Shown: positions 19,540-28,912 of the stretch, piece by piece
How positions within the stretch are numbered: position 1 is the stretch's first letter
How the letters are laid out: each line of letters begins with the position of its first letter
Translations under genes and position numbers: made by a program
Notes under the pieces: model-generated
Databases searched by the model: none
What the model was told of the DNA's origin: nothing
What the model saw: only the letters and a program-made list of their open reading frames with translations
Source: an uncultured virus (IMG/VR IMGVR_UViG_3300042861_002374)
Lineage: Varidnaviria; Bamfordvirae
IMG/VR virus record: IMGVR_UViG_3300042861_002374
Length of the DNA stretch: 64,000 nucleotides
Reading direction: 5' to 3' (one strand)

Positions 19540-20772
19540 TTAATAATCTTCAGAATCCGAGTTTTTATCAGAATTTGATTTTTTATCATTATCAGAGTTC
19601 TTATCTGAATCATTATCAGAGTTCTGATCTGAATCATTATCTGAATCATTATCAGAGTTCTTATCCGAATCATTATCAGAGTTCTTATCTGAGTTCTTAT
19701 CTGAGTTCTTATCTGAATCATTATCTGAATCATTATCAGAGTTCTTATCTGAGTTCTTATCAGAGTCTAATTCTTTATATTCATCTGGAAGATATTTAAT
19801 TAGTTCAGGGAATTTTCTTGAAACTTTTTCCGGATTAACTAAAAATGTATACATTTTTTGTATAATCGGATCTGTATGTTCAAATTCTCTTTGAATATGA
19901 TTTCCAGGTAATAATTTACCTATTATTTCGTACTGATTTCCACCTAAACAAAGAACAACAATAGATTTTCTACCTTTTAAATGTTCATTTGTTGCCGAAT
20001 TGTTGTATGGCATTCTATATTTACTATCTAAGAAATATATATCGCGTTTAAAACGTTTTGAAACAATATTTATTGTGTATGTGTCAATATTATCGAATAA
20101 ATTTTTTCTTCCTTCTACATAATCTTTAAATGCTTCGTCTGAAGCTTCTTTAATAACAGTAGAGACAAATTTGCATACGCAATTACGAATATATTCAGCT
20201 TTTTCATGAGAAACTGATTTTATTTCTTTCTTTTTGTTTATATATATTATACTATTTTTAATGATTTTATCTTGTAATTCTGAAAATTTTTTATCTTCGC
20301 TAGATGGTATTATATTCTTTTCAAATCCATCTTTTAGTGGAATCAATTCACTTATTAATTTATATACATCAATATTTTTCTCATCATTACCTATCAAAGT
20401 TTTAATAACGCGATGAGTACTATTGCCTTTTGCTCTTTGGTCATTGCATAAGAAACGGTAACAATTAAGAATAATATCTGACATATTTTCTTGAAATGGA
20501 ATTTTGGCAATCATTCCACCGTCCATTTCTTGCCAACTTTCACGATTTACTTTACCAGTGATGCTAGAACGGAAACGCTGAACAAAATCTAATCTTTCTT
20601 TATTATCCATAGAAGGATATTCTTTTGAATAAGCATATAGCAAACAATGAAAAAAGGATGAAGAATCAGAAATTATTCCTGTTCTTACAAGTACGTCATC
20701 CGCTTCTATAGGACTCCTAAAAACAACCGTTTTGTTAATTGGTAGTTGTTTTAGTTTACCAAGCTTTGTCAT
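19540..20772 (-). CDS. OTU-like fold protein, probably catalytically inactive, with an acidic repeat tail
   Basis: VRTGIISDSSSFFHCLL resembles the OTU GDGxCFF box with Cys replaced by Ser; LGGNQYE resembles the HY box with His replaced by Gln; SDKN/SDND 12-bp repeats at 19550-19770. Confidence 0.55.
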   Translation of the reverse strand: MTKLGKLKQLPINKTVVFRSPIEADDVLVRTGIISDSSSFFHCLLYAYSKEYPSMDNKERLDFVQRFRSSITGKVNRESWQEMDGGMIAKIPFQENMSDIILNCYRFLCNDQRAKGNSTHRVIKTLIGNDEKNIDVYKLISELIPLKDGFEKNIIPSSEDKKFSELQDKIIKNSIIYINKKKEIKSVSHEKAEYIRNCVCKFVSTVIKEASDEAFKDYVEGRKNLFDNIDTYTINIVSKRFKRDIYFLDSKYRMPYNNSATNEHLKGRKSIVVLCLGGNQYEIIGKLLPGNHIQREFEHTDPIIQKMYTFLVNPEKVSRKFPELIKYLPDEYKELDSDKNSDKNSDNDSDNDSDKNSDKNSDKNSDNDSDKNSDNDSDNDSDQNSDNDSDKNSDNDKKSNSDKNSDSEDY

Positions 20773-20854
20773 AATTTTGTTTAGTTGTACTATTTTTTTA
20801 AATGTCCTTATAATGAAGAATCATGCTTTTGTAAATCTTTACTTAATGTAAAAG

Positions 20855-22006
20855 ATGAATACTTCAGATATAGAAAAACCATGGAAATACAAAAACAAAT
20901 GGTTAGTTTGGCCAGAAACTGTACTTGATATTATAACTATATCTGATTGTAATGATACAGTTGATGGTATATGCTTATCTGGAAAAACAATTGAAGAATG
21001 TATAGATGAATGCAAAGGATCCTGCGGTGTAGGATATCATATTCAGTTTGAAAATGGAAGCACATTGTGTGCACCTATTCATACAAACATTAATTATCAA
21101 AATCCAATTCATCGTCTTCGAAGAAAATCTATATATCCTGAATTAAATAATGTAAAAATTTCTACATTTATTAATATTGATTATTTTCCTTTTCCACCAG
21201 AAGAAGCAAACGTTGTTTTTTTTGAAGATCTAGTGAATATTAGTGATACTGTTAGAGGTATATTTGTTGGAACAGAAAACAATGAAAATAGCGGTAAACG
21301 GATTAAATTAGTTAAAGAAGGTGCAAATAATCTCCAAATTACACAAGCAAAAATATCAGGAAGTCAAATAGCAAACTCAATTCCACTTAGATACGGTGAC
21401 CCTTTTCAAATTGCTATACCAGCGACTTCTTTATTAATTAGCGTATCACAAAAAAATAATTTGGTCTGGGAATCATTACCAAATATATTTATATTTTCTA
21501 CAGATGAATCAACTTTTAATCTTATTCCTGTAGACTCAACAAAACATTATGGTGATATTGTAACCTATGGAGATACCTTTGCTATAAGCAATTCGAGCAG
21601 ATCTGCTTTTGTGGTGATGAATACTCATTATTCTGAGTTGCAAATAAAATATGATAATTTAGAAAAAATTCTCAATAATAAAATCTTTATATGCACTTTT
21701 ACTATAACATCTAAAATGTTAGGATACTATTGCGATGGAAGGGAATGTAAACCAGTTCCTATAAAAGATATGAATAAAAGTGGTATGTCTGGAAGATATA
21801 AAGGTGTTACAGTAGGTCGTAATCCAAGCTGTTGGGGAGTATGTAATTATCTTAAGTTAGGAACAAACGATACATTGCCTTTTAGCACTAAACCTAATAT
21901 TAATATTGTTAAACAAAATCATTATAAGCCCAAAAAATTCTTGTTTTTATTACTTAGTATGATTTTTATATTCATACTGAGTATAATAATATTAATTATA
22001 CGATAA
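20855..22006 (+). CDS. Hypothetical Cys-containing protein with a C-terminal TM anchor
   Basis: 383-aa ORF ending in FLFLLLSMIFIFILSIIILIIR. Confidence 0.75.
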   Translation: MNTSDIEKPWKYKNKWLVWPETVLDIITISDCNDTVDGICLSGKTIEECIDECKGSCGVGYHIQFENGSTLCAPIHTNINYQNPIHRLRRKSIYPELNNVKISTFINIDYFPFPPEEANVVFFEDLVNISDTVRGIFVGTENNENSGKRIKLVKEGANNLQITQAKISGSQIANSIPLRYGDPFQIAIPATSLLISVSQKNNLVWESLPNIFIFSTDESTFNLIPVDSTKHYGDIVTYGDTFAISNSSRSAFVVMNTHYSELQIKYDNLEKILNNKIFICTFTITSKMLGYYCDGRECKPVPIKDMNKSGMSGRYKGVTVGRNPSCWGVCNYLKLGTNDTLPFSTKPNINIVKQNHYKPKKFLFLLLSMIFIFILSIIILIIR

Positions 22007-22349
22007 GTCTATCTTGACGTAATTTTTCTTCTTCCATGCTTTGAACGTGCATTTTTATAAATGTGTGCAAGATATGTCTAAGTTTAATAGGAAAATCTGT
22101 AAAACACCAGGACAAATCTTCTTTACCTTTTTCACTTGTTTCCTCTCTTATTCCTTTATACGGAAGTACTTCTGAAAGTTTTTCATTTTCATTTTCAATT
22201 CGATAAAATTGTATGAGAGAATACACAAGATCTTTACCTGTATCATCTATTTTTTCAATTTTACTTACAAATTCTTCTTTTTGCTTTATACTTAAATCTT
22301 TTTCTGGATATTCCTTGTTCAAAATATCATAAAGTGGAAATAAAGTCAT
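21996..22349 (-). CDS. Small protein with an ET/NET-domain-like helical pattern
   Basis: LSIKQKEEFVSKIEKI...LVYSLI...DFPIKLRHILHTFI; TAAATTGA upstream. Confidence 0.55.
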   Translation of the reverse strand: MTLFPLYDILNKEYPEKDLSIKQKEEFVSKIEKIDDTGKDLVYSLIQFYRIENENEKLSEVLPYKGIREETSEKGKEDLSWCFTDFPIKLRHILHTFIKMHVQSMEEEKLRQDRLIV

Positions 22350-22413
22350 CTTTCTTTTTTAAGAGTTTTAAATTTTTAAAACTCAATTTAAGTTTTAAAA
22401 TTTTTATTATTTA

Positions 22414-23046
22414 TTATCTCATTCCTCCTGATCCTGATGGATCTAGTGAATTACCACCAAAATTTCTTGTCGAAGTTCCCATTCCTGATTGAGATGGTAA
22501 TTGTTGTTTAGGTGCTGTACGATCAGGTCCTGTATTATCTGCGTTATATGCATCGTTAAATTCCAAATAACATACATTGTCGTCAGTACCACAAAGAGGA
22601 ATTCCAATAGTATAAGCAGGAATTCCACCTCTTTGATCTTCCTTGATATTTTCATGTTTATTGTTTGTATCACAGGTCTGTACATTTTTTGCTACCTCCA
22701 CAATAAATCTTCCGATTTCTTCAGCTAAATACGGTCCATTATATCTCATATGAGGTTTGCCGTTGATATACAAAACAATATATGGAACAACTTGAATTGG
22801 AGCAATAGTATTTCTAGACATAATAACACATTGCTTATTTTGACTTACATTAATCATTCCAAATTGACATCCGCCTACGGATCCAGGTAAACGCTTAAAA
22901 ATTGGAATCAAAGATTGACAATGATGACACTCGGTAGAGTAGAATAAAATGAGAGAGAATCCTTGTATATTAGTGCACATAATAGGACCTTTACCTCCAC
23001 GCTGATTATTAAAGTCAGCTGTCGTAAGAAAAAGTAATCCACTCAT
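22414..23046 (-). CDS. Thioredoxin-fold protein
   Basis: LFYSTECHHC (CxxC), VPYIVLYING cis-Pro loop. Confidence 0.88.
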   Translation of the reverse strand: MSGLLFLTTADFNNQRGGKGPIMCTNIQGFSLILFYSTECHHCQSLIPIFKRLPGSVGGCQFGMINVSQNKQCVIMSRNTIAPIQVVPYIVLYINGKPHMRYNGPYLAEEIGRFIVEVAKNVQTCDTNNKHENIKEDQRGGIPAYTIGIPLCGTDDNVCYLEFNDAYNADNTGPDRTAPKQQLPSQSGMGTSTRNFGGNSLDPSGSGGMR

Positions 23047-23144
23047 ATTTTATAACAGGTGAACATTACATTTAAGCCAAAATACAAAAAAAAAATTATT
23101 AAAAGTAAATTTTTATACAGTGAAAAAACATTTACTTTAACAAA

Positions 23145-25844
23145 ATGACAAGAGTTCTTAAAATTTTTGATCCAAATGATAAACCTTTTGGTCGGCTTAG
23201 TAATAATTACAAACAGAATATACGTTTTGGAGATGGAAAACCATGTAAATCACTTACAAATTATATTTACGCGAATCTGCTTTCAGAATATCCTAATAAA
23301 CAAGAAATTTGTTATACAACAAAAAATGTTGATGCTGTTTTTGAAAAATTACGACAAACAGAAATCAATAATATAATATTAAATTCAATTAAAAAAGCCT
23401 TGAAAATAAAATTTCAAAACAAACATCTTGCCAATTTGTTGATATCAACAGGTGATGCTAAAATAATTTATTTTAGTGATGACTGTTTTATTGGTTCTGG
23501 ACCTAAACTGGTCGGAGGTAAAAATTGGTATGGATTATGTCTAGAACAAACGCGAAGAGAGCTGATTAACGAAGTAAAAGCACGCGAAAGAGATATTGCA
23601 AAATCCGAAAAAGATAAAATTATTTATGATACATATTTAGCCTACTACGGTCTACTAGCTCACATAAAGAAGGGTGATGACTTAAAAAATTTTATAGGCA
23701 TGTCATCACACAAAATAGTTGAAATATTAGGAAGAAAAAATTTAGAAGCACGTCTTCTTTCTAACCAAAATTTTTTTGCCAATGCTAAAAAACAAATGTA
23801 CAAAGATATAGAAAGTTACGTTAAAAATTTTACTGATTTAGCATCTGAAATTCGCAAAAATGAAATTACTGATTTACGTTTACGAAAGAAGAGAGAATTG
23901 AAAAAAATCATTTTTGATATATATGCAGACTATGTTCTCTCTAAAGAATATCCAGACCTGAAAAAAGAGAAATATGGTGAAGCAAAAGATCAACATTTTA
24001 AATCAATGGCTTTTGATGAAAAAGCGTATGAATTAGAAGATAAAGTTTACACACTTTACAAAAATAAATCTTTCGATTTCTCAGAAAGATTAAGTAAAAG
24101 TATAGATGAGGTTATTAAATCCTTTCCTATTCCGAGCAAAGACGATGTAAAAGAAGCAGTTAACTACAAATCATCTTTTGATATTAAGCCAGATGCTTTT
24201 GTAAATACAACACAATATGACAAAGAATTTTTTGTATTACCATCTACTCCTCTTCCTAATGATCCAAACTATGCAGTTTTAAGTCCTTACATTCAGTATG
24301 TTCCTTTTTCACCAATGTATTTTGATAATCTTAAAATTGATAATTTAGATTTTCTCACAGTATCACACTATATTATAACATGTCTAATTAAATATGTAAA
24401 TAATATTACTATAGAAAAAGCTCATGCTTATATTCTAAAACACCCAGATCAACCAATAAAAGACTGGGAAAGTTTCTTACATCCTGATGGAGCAACTTGT
24501 AAATACTCGATTATGAAAGACAACATATATGAAAAAAATTTATGTAAATATGCATTTGAAGGTCTGGAAAAGAAATTTGAAGATCGTAATATGCAAGACT
24601 TTCTCTTAGCTACAGGAAATGACATTTTAGTGTATAATGATTTGAATGATCCTATTCTTGGTGTCGGTAAAACAGGAAAAGGTAAAAATAAAATAGGGTT
24701 ATATTTGACAAAACTTAGAACAAAAATAGCAAGTGAGAGACAAAAGGAAACATTTCATCTTGTGAAAGCTGAAGATATCACAACCATTTTTGAAAGAAAT
24801 AATTTTATGAAAGAATGGATTAAGTCTCGAGTTAAAGATATGTGCAGAGTTTTAATGATAATCAAAAATTATTTGAAAACTAAAATTAAAGTTGAAGTTG
24901 AATTATCAGCAGAATTTGCAACTGCTGTATTGGATAATATTTATCAACCTTGTTCAAAAATTTACGGAGCTGCAAATAAAATTACAGCAGCAGTTCCTGA
25001 TTATTTTCGTTTAATAATAACTTCATGTGAAGGGTTTGAAACACTAAAATATACTACATCAGAAGTTTTATGGAAACGTTTGGTTGTAATAATATACTAT
25101 TTATTTGAACATCTGCACGAGTCTGGACTTGGGTTTGAAAATATCCCAACTGAAATAGCTCGCGCACAGATAACAGCGTCTATGGTTCAAAGATGCGAAA
25201 AAATTGTTACAGACGAAGTAGAAAACTGTATCGCATCTGCTTTAATTAATTTAATTATTGGAATTGTTAACTTTAATAAAAAAATTGCACAAGACTATGT
25301 TGTAGGTGAAATAGATGTCAAGACTGCTACTATGATTATTTTAACAAACGACGTTTACAAACCTAAACCTAAACCTAAACCTGTAATAAAACCCGGATTT
25401 GATAAAAGTATATTTGGAATTGAAGATGGTGAGAAACCTGAAGAGGATGGTGAGAAACCTGAAGAGGATGGTGAGAAACCTGAAGAGGATGGTGAGAAAC
25501 CTGAAGAGGATGGTGAGAAACCTGAAGAGGATGGTGAGAAACCTGAAGAGGATAGTGAAAATCCGGACGAATTAGTTTTTGATGATAAATCAATAGAAAC
25601 AGATCAAGAAACAGATCAAGAAACAGATGAAGAAATATATGAAGACGAAACAGATGAAGAGGGAAATAAAGATTATTCTCCACGTAACGATTTAATTGTT
25701 GAATTTTTATCACAAATTGATGAAGTTAAAGATAAAGAATCTATTGCGACAGCAATTGAAGAAGCCATTAAAATTATCAAACACTCGAGAATGCCTGAAC
25801 AGATTAAAAGAAACCGTATTAACTTTTTTGCAACACAACGTTAA
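23145..25844 (+). CDS. Large protein with two NADAR-like domains and an acidic repeat
   Basis: PFGRLSNNY...ALKIKF...LLISTG...GKNWYG, and again FSPMY...GLEKKF...LLATG...GKNKIG. Confidence 0.65.
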   Translation: MTRVLKIFDPNDKPFGRLSNNYKQNIRFGDGKPCKSLTNYIYANLLSEYPNKQEICYTTKNVDAVFEKLRQTEINNIILNSIKKALKIKFQNKHLANLLISTGDAKIIYFSDDCFIGSGPKLVGGKNWYGLCLEQTRRELINEVKARERDIAKSEKDKIIYDTYLAYYGLLAHIKKGDDLKNFIGMSSHKIVEILGRKNLEARLLSNQNFFANAKKQMYKDIESYVKNFTDLASEIRKNEITDLRLRKKRELKKIIFDIYADYVLSKEYPDLKKEKYGEAKDQHFKSMAFDEKAYELEDKVYTLYKNKSFDFSERLSKSIDEVIKSFPIPSKDDVKEAVNYKSSFDIKPDAFVNTTQYDKEFFVLPSTPLPNDPNYAVLSPYIQYVPFSPMYFDNLKIDNLDFLTVSHYIITCLIKYVNNITIEKAHAYILKHPDQPIKDWESFLHPDGATCKYSIMKDNIYEKNLCKYAFEGLEKKFEDRNMQDFLLATGNDILVYNDLNDPILGVGKTGKGKNKIGLYLTKLRTKIASERQKETFHLVKAEDITTIFERNNFMKEWIKSRVKDMCRVLMIIKNYLKTKIKVEVELSAEFATAVLDNIYQPCSKIYGAANKITAAVPDYFRLIITSCEGFETLKYTTSEVLWKRLVVIIYYLFEHLHESGLGFENIPTEIARAQITASMVQRCEKIVTDEVENCIASALINLIIGIVNFNKKIAQDYVVGEIDVKTATMIILTNDVYKPKPKPKPVIKPGFDKSIFGIEDGEKPEEDGEKPEEDGEKPEEDGEKPEEDGEKPEEDGEKPEEDSENPDELVFDDKSIETDQETDQETDEEIYEDETDEEGNKDYSPRNDLIVEFLSQIDEVKDKESIATAIEEAIKIIKHSRMPEQIKRNRINFFATQR
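25422..25560 (+). repeat. 21-bp coding tandem repeat (EDGEKPE, about 6.5 copies)
   Basis: GAGGATGGTGAGAAACCTGAA repeated almost perfectly. Confidence 0.95.
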
Positions 25845-25881
25845 TTTTTATTATATAAAACGATTACAAATATAATAATAA

Positions 25882-26124
25882 ATGGATAATTATACTAAAG
25901 TGCAAATTTCTGCTAAGATATACTGGGGATTTAATATTGAAATACCAAACGTAAGAATTATTGAAATGTCTGATAAGGATATTATAGATGAGATAAAAAA
26001 TTTTATGAAAACTTTTTTTAATATACATAATCTCGAGGAGTTAAGGGCTGGTATAGATAATCTAAATCTTCATATCCACGATAGACCACCTCTTGGTCAA
26101 ACAATTTATGTTTGTGATCATTAA
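25882..26124 (+). CDS. Hypothetical protein (80 aa)
   Basis: ATAAATG start context typical of this genome; non-overlapping ORF. Confidence 0.65.
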   Translation: MDNYTKVQISAKIYWGFNIEIPNVRIIEMSDKDIIDEIKNFMKTFFNIHNLEELRAGIDNLNLHIHDRPPLGQTIYVCDH

Positions 26125-26318
26125 TTTAACACAAAACTTGAAAATTTGTGGTATAGTAGTACTTTCAATGACAAAAATTATATTTATCAAGCTATAATTT
26201 TATCAACTCTAAACAAAACAAATATTTTTATGTCTAATAAATCTTACATATGATAATAATGCACTTGTTATAAAAAAATCACAGCCCGTGTTATTCATGG
26301 TAAAAGTGGTAAAAAAAA

Positions 26319-26326
26319 AAAATTGA
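26319..26326 (+). promoter_or_regulatory. AAAATTGA early-promoter-like motif
   Basis: Exact octamer about 36 nt upstream of the ATG at 26362. Confidence 0.7.
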
Positions 26327-26361
26327 GGTTTAAGGAATAATTATCGATGATAAAATCAAAA

Positions 26362-27132
26362 ATGTCATTGAATCAAACTGTAACAAAGGCTGTAAATGAA
26401 GTTATTAATAAATTTATCAAAAATATAGCAACTAAGTATGATTTGGATCCAAACGAACTTTTAGCTGAATGGGAAGATAATAAAATTTCTACTAAACCTA
26501 TAGTAAATAAGCCTCTTGACACTAAACCTATAGTAAATAAGTCTCTTGACACTGATAATATTGATCAAAATACACTTTCACAATATAAGAAAACTGAGCT
26601 ACAGGATCTTTGTCGCAAAAGATCTTTAAAATGTACAGGAACAAAAGAACAGCTGATTAGTTTTTTGTTAGGAAAAGATGTAACTATTTCCGAAAAGCCA
26701 ACGGAGAAAAAAGCAGAAACAAAGATTGTATCTAGTCCTGTTGTTAAGAAACTCACTTCTTCTATTCCTACAGTTGCTATTCGTCGTAATCAATTTGGAA
26801 ATCACGAACATCCAGATACTTCACTTGTTTTTGACAAAAAGACTAAAAAGGCGATTGGAAAACAAAATGAAGATGGTACAATTGAAGATCTTACAGAAGA
26901 TGATATTGATATATGCAACAAATGGAAATTTTCTTATATTATTCCAGATAATCTTGACAAGAAAACCAAACTGACGGATGTTAAAGTTGAAGAACTTGAG
27001 GACGACGAGATATTAGAAAGTGATGAAGAAGAAGAAGTTCCTGTTGAAGATGAACTAGCAGAGGATGAATTGATAGACGAAGAAGAAGATTTTGAAGATG
27101 AATATGAAGATGAAGATGTAGATTATGAATAA
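26362..27132 (+). CDS. SAP-domain protein with an acidic tail; paralog of 9916..10788
   Basis: LSQYKKTELQDLCRKRSLKCTGTKEQLISFL is a SAP motif; start placed at MSLNQ. Confidence 0.8.
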   Translation: MSLNQTVTKAVNEVINKFIKNIATKYDLDPNELLAEWEDNKISTKPIVNKPLDTKPIVNKSLDTDNIDQNTLSQYKKTELQDLCRKRSLKCTGTKEQLISFLLGKDVTISEKPTEKKAETKIVSSPVVKKLTSSIPTVAIRRNQFGNHEHPDTSLVFDKKTKKAIGKQNEDGTIEDLTEDDIDICNKWKFSYIIPDNLDKKTKLTDVKVEELEDDEILESDEEEEVPVEDELAEDELIDEEEDFEDEYEDEDVDYE

Positions 27133-27180
27133 GTTTTCTTTGATTAAAATAAAAGATAATTCTTTTATTTTCTTAAATTA

Positions 27181-28563
27181 TTAGTTCTTTCCTAACTCAT
27201 GATTCATATTAAGGCGAGCAACCATTCTTGATATATCACACATTTCTTGTTCACTCTTAACTTTTACAGTACACACAGGATCAAAACCTAATTGACCATA
27301 ACTCATTTGATATATTTTACCAGGTGTATCTCTAACCGTACCGTCGTGATGTATTTTCATATCTTCTGTAAGTTTTACTATTCTTCTTTGCATATATCCA
27401 GAAGTTGCTGTACCCATAGCAGTATCACAAACACCCTCTCTTCCAGACATTGCATGAAAATAAAACTGTCTTGGATTTAAGCCACGAAGGAATCCACGAC
27501 CAATAAATCCTCTTGATTCATATTCCATTTCTGGTTCTAAATCTCCGAATGGATAATGCGGAAGAGAACGTTTACCATGATTAAGAAGAAGAGGAACCCT
27601 CTGACCCTTTAAATTTTGTTGACCTAATAAACCTGTAATTTGTGCTATATTGAAAAAATCACCTTTACTTCCAGAAAGCACTGTAGAAAGAAAATTATTA
27701 TCTTCTGAAAGTGCTTCTTTTGCAATTCTTAACCCAATGTCTTTGGCTTTATTCAAAGATGCATTTATTCTGATTTCACGAATACTTGGATGAGAAGTTG
27801 CTTGTTTTATTGCCTCTGCTTCAATATAGCACTTTCTAACAACGTCCCTAATTTCTTCCTCTTTTGTTACGCCATCTTGATTTACAGTCTGAGGTATTAA
27901 ACAATCACCTAACCCTACAGAAAATCCATCGATTAGTAAATACTGATTAGTAGTAAATTGTATACAATCTATAAAATATGAAGCTGCTTCTGGACCATAC
28001 TCTTTGTGAAGAAGATGATGTATAGAATTATGTGAAGCTCCAATAATGGCTTTGTCTATTGTTCCTTCATATAATACACCCCTCCAAATTTTTACAGTTG
28101 GTTCTGCTGGATTTGCATCGTTTGTCCTTTCGTAGTTAAAATCTAACGGTAAAAAAAGCGAAATTAGACCATGTCCATTGAAACACTGAACTTTTTTATT
28201 CTTTTCTTTTAAAATATTTTTTATGTGATCAATACGCTCTATAACTTCTAAAGAAGACATTACCGATTTACCTGATGTACCAATCTCTTTATTTTTCCTT
28301 GCCAACTCGTCACAAAAACTGTTAAGCTTTTTAGATGACCAAGGTGGAATAGGAAGAGACATTGCGATGTTGAAAAACTGCCCTTTTGTTAATTTTTTAC
28401 TATTTCTTGTCATACGATAAGCTCCGAGCAAAGAATCCTGAACAATAGCCATATTAGGCTTGCTACTTTGAGGAGAAATCATATTCCATTGCGCTGCTGA
28501 CAAATATTTCATCTCAGCCTGTGACTCTAGAGATTGGGGTACATGTATATTCATTTCATCTCC
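27181..28563 (-). CDS. rpb1: RNA polymerase largest subunit (N-terminal half of split Rpb1), exon 2
   Basis: Begins GGA GAT GAA ATG (GDEMN, second half of the catalytic motif); VQDSLLG, SGSKG, HAMSGREG, TATSGYMQRR. Confidence 0.95.
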   Translation of the reverse strand, partial: GDEMNIHVPQSLESQAEMKYLSAAQWNMISPQSSKPNMAIVQDSLLGAYRMTRNSKKLTKGQFFNIAMSLPIPPWSSKKLNSFCDELARKNKEIGTSGKSVMSSLEVIERIDHIKNILKEKNKKVQCFNGHGLISLFLPLDFNYERTNDANPAEPTVKIWRGVLYEGTIDKAIIGASHNSIHHLLHKEYGPEAASYFIDCIQFTTNQYLLIDGFSVGLGDCLIPQTVNQDGVTKEEEIRDVVRKCYIEAEAIKQATSHPSIREIRINASLNKAKDIGLRIAKEALSEDNNFLSTVLSGSKGDFFNIAQITGLLGQQNLKGQRVPLLLNHGKRSLPHYPFGDLEPEMEYESRGFIGRGFLRGLNPRQFYFHAMSGREGVCDTAMGTATSGYMQRRIVKLTEDMKIHHDGTVRDTPGKIYQMSYGQLGFDPVCTVKVKSEQEMCDISRMVARLNMNHELGKN

Positions 28564-28912
28564 CGATGATCTCCCTATGCTTTCACATAGGGTCGGACTG
28601 TATCTTAAGCCGATTCAGGATTGGTAGTCCATCATTATCGACCAACACCCGTGCAGTCTCTGAACGCCTGTCATATCCTTCCATAACGGACTTAGACAGT
28701 AACGCTGCGGATTGCCCAATCCCTAACATTATTACCATTGGGTACGGCTATTAACCGTGTTCCCCAGTTCGTGTTTCCACATACTGGGTGGTAGTTAGGG
28801 CTCTAAGGGGTTTCCCGCATCAAGGTGTTTCGCAAGTATTTTCAAATTTGGAAATACTCACTAGGAGGTAGCACCCTTTTCAGGCCTCCTGTTTTTGACA
28901 GAGGTAAACCTA
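28564..28912 (-). ncRNA. Group I self-splicing intron (IC1-like core, no internal ORF), 349 nt
   Basis: P UUGAUGCGGGAAA (28811-28823), Q AAUCCGCAGC (28704-28713), R GUUCAGAGACUGCA (28652-28665), S AAGAUACAGUCC (28595-28606); P3 AACACCU/GGGUGUU; P1 exon UUUUGAU with IGS GUCAAAA and a U-G pair at the splice site; terminal G at 28564; removal restores NADFDGDEMN in frame. Confidence 0.96.

Noticed and set aside
28521..28754. 77-aa plus-strand ORF as an intron-encoded endonuclease
   Set aside because: It is antisense to the intron core and has no HNH, GIY-YIG or LAGLIDADG motif.
28910..28912. TAG after NADFD as stop-codon readthrough, recoding or a pseudogene lesion
   Set aside because: TAG is the first three nucleotides of the group I intron; splicing restores the frame, and other genes use the standard code.
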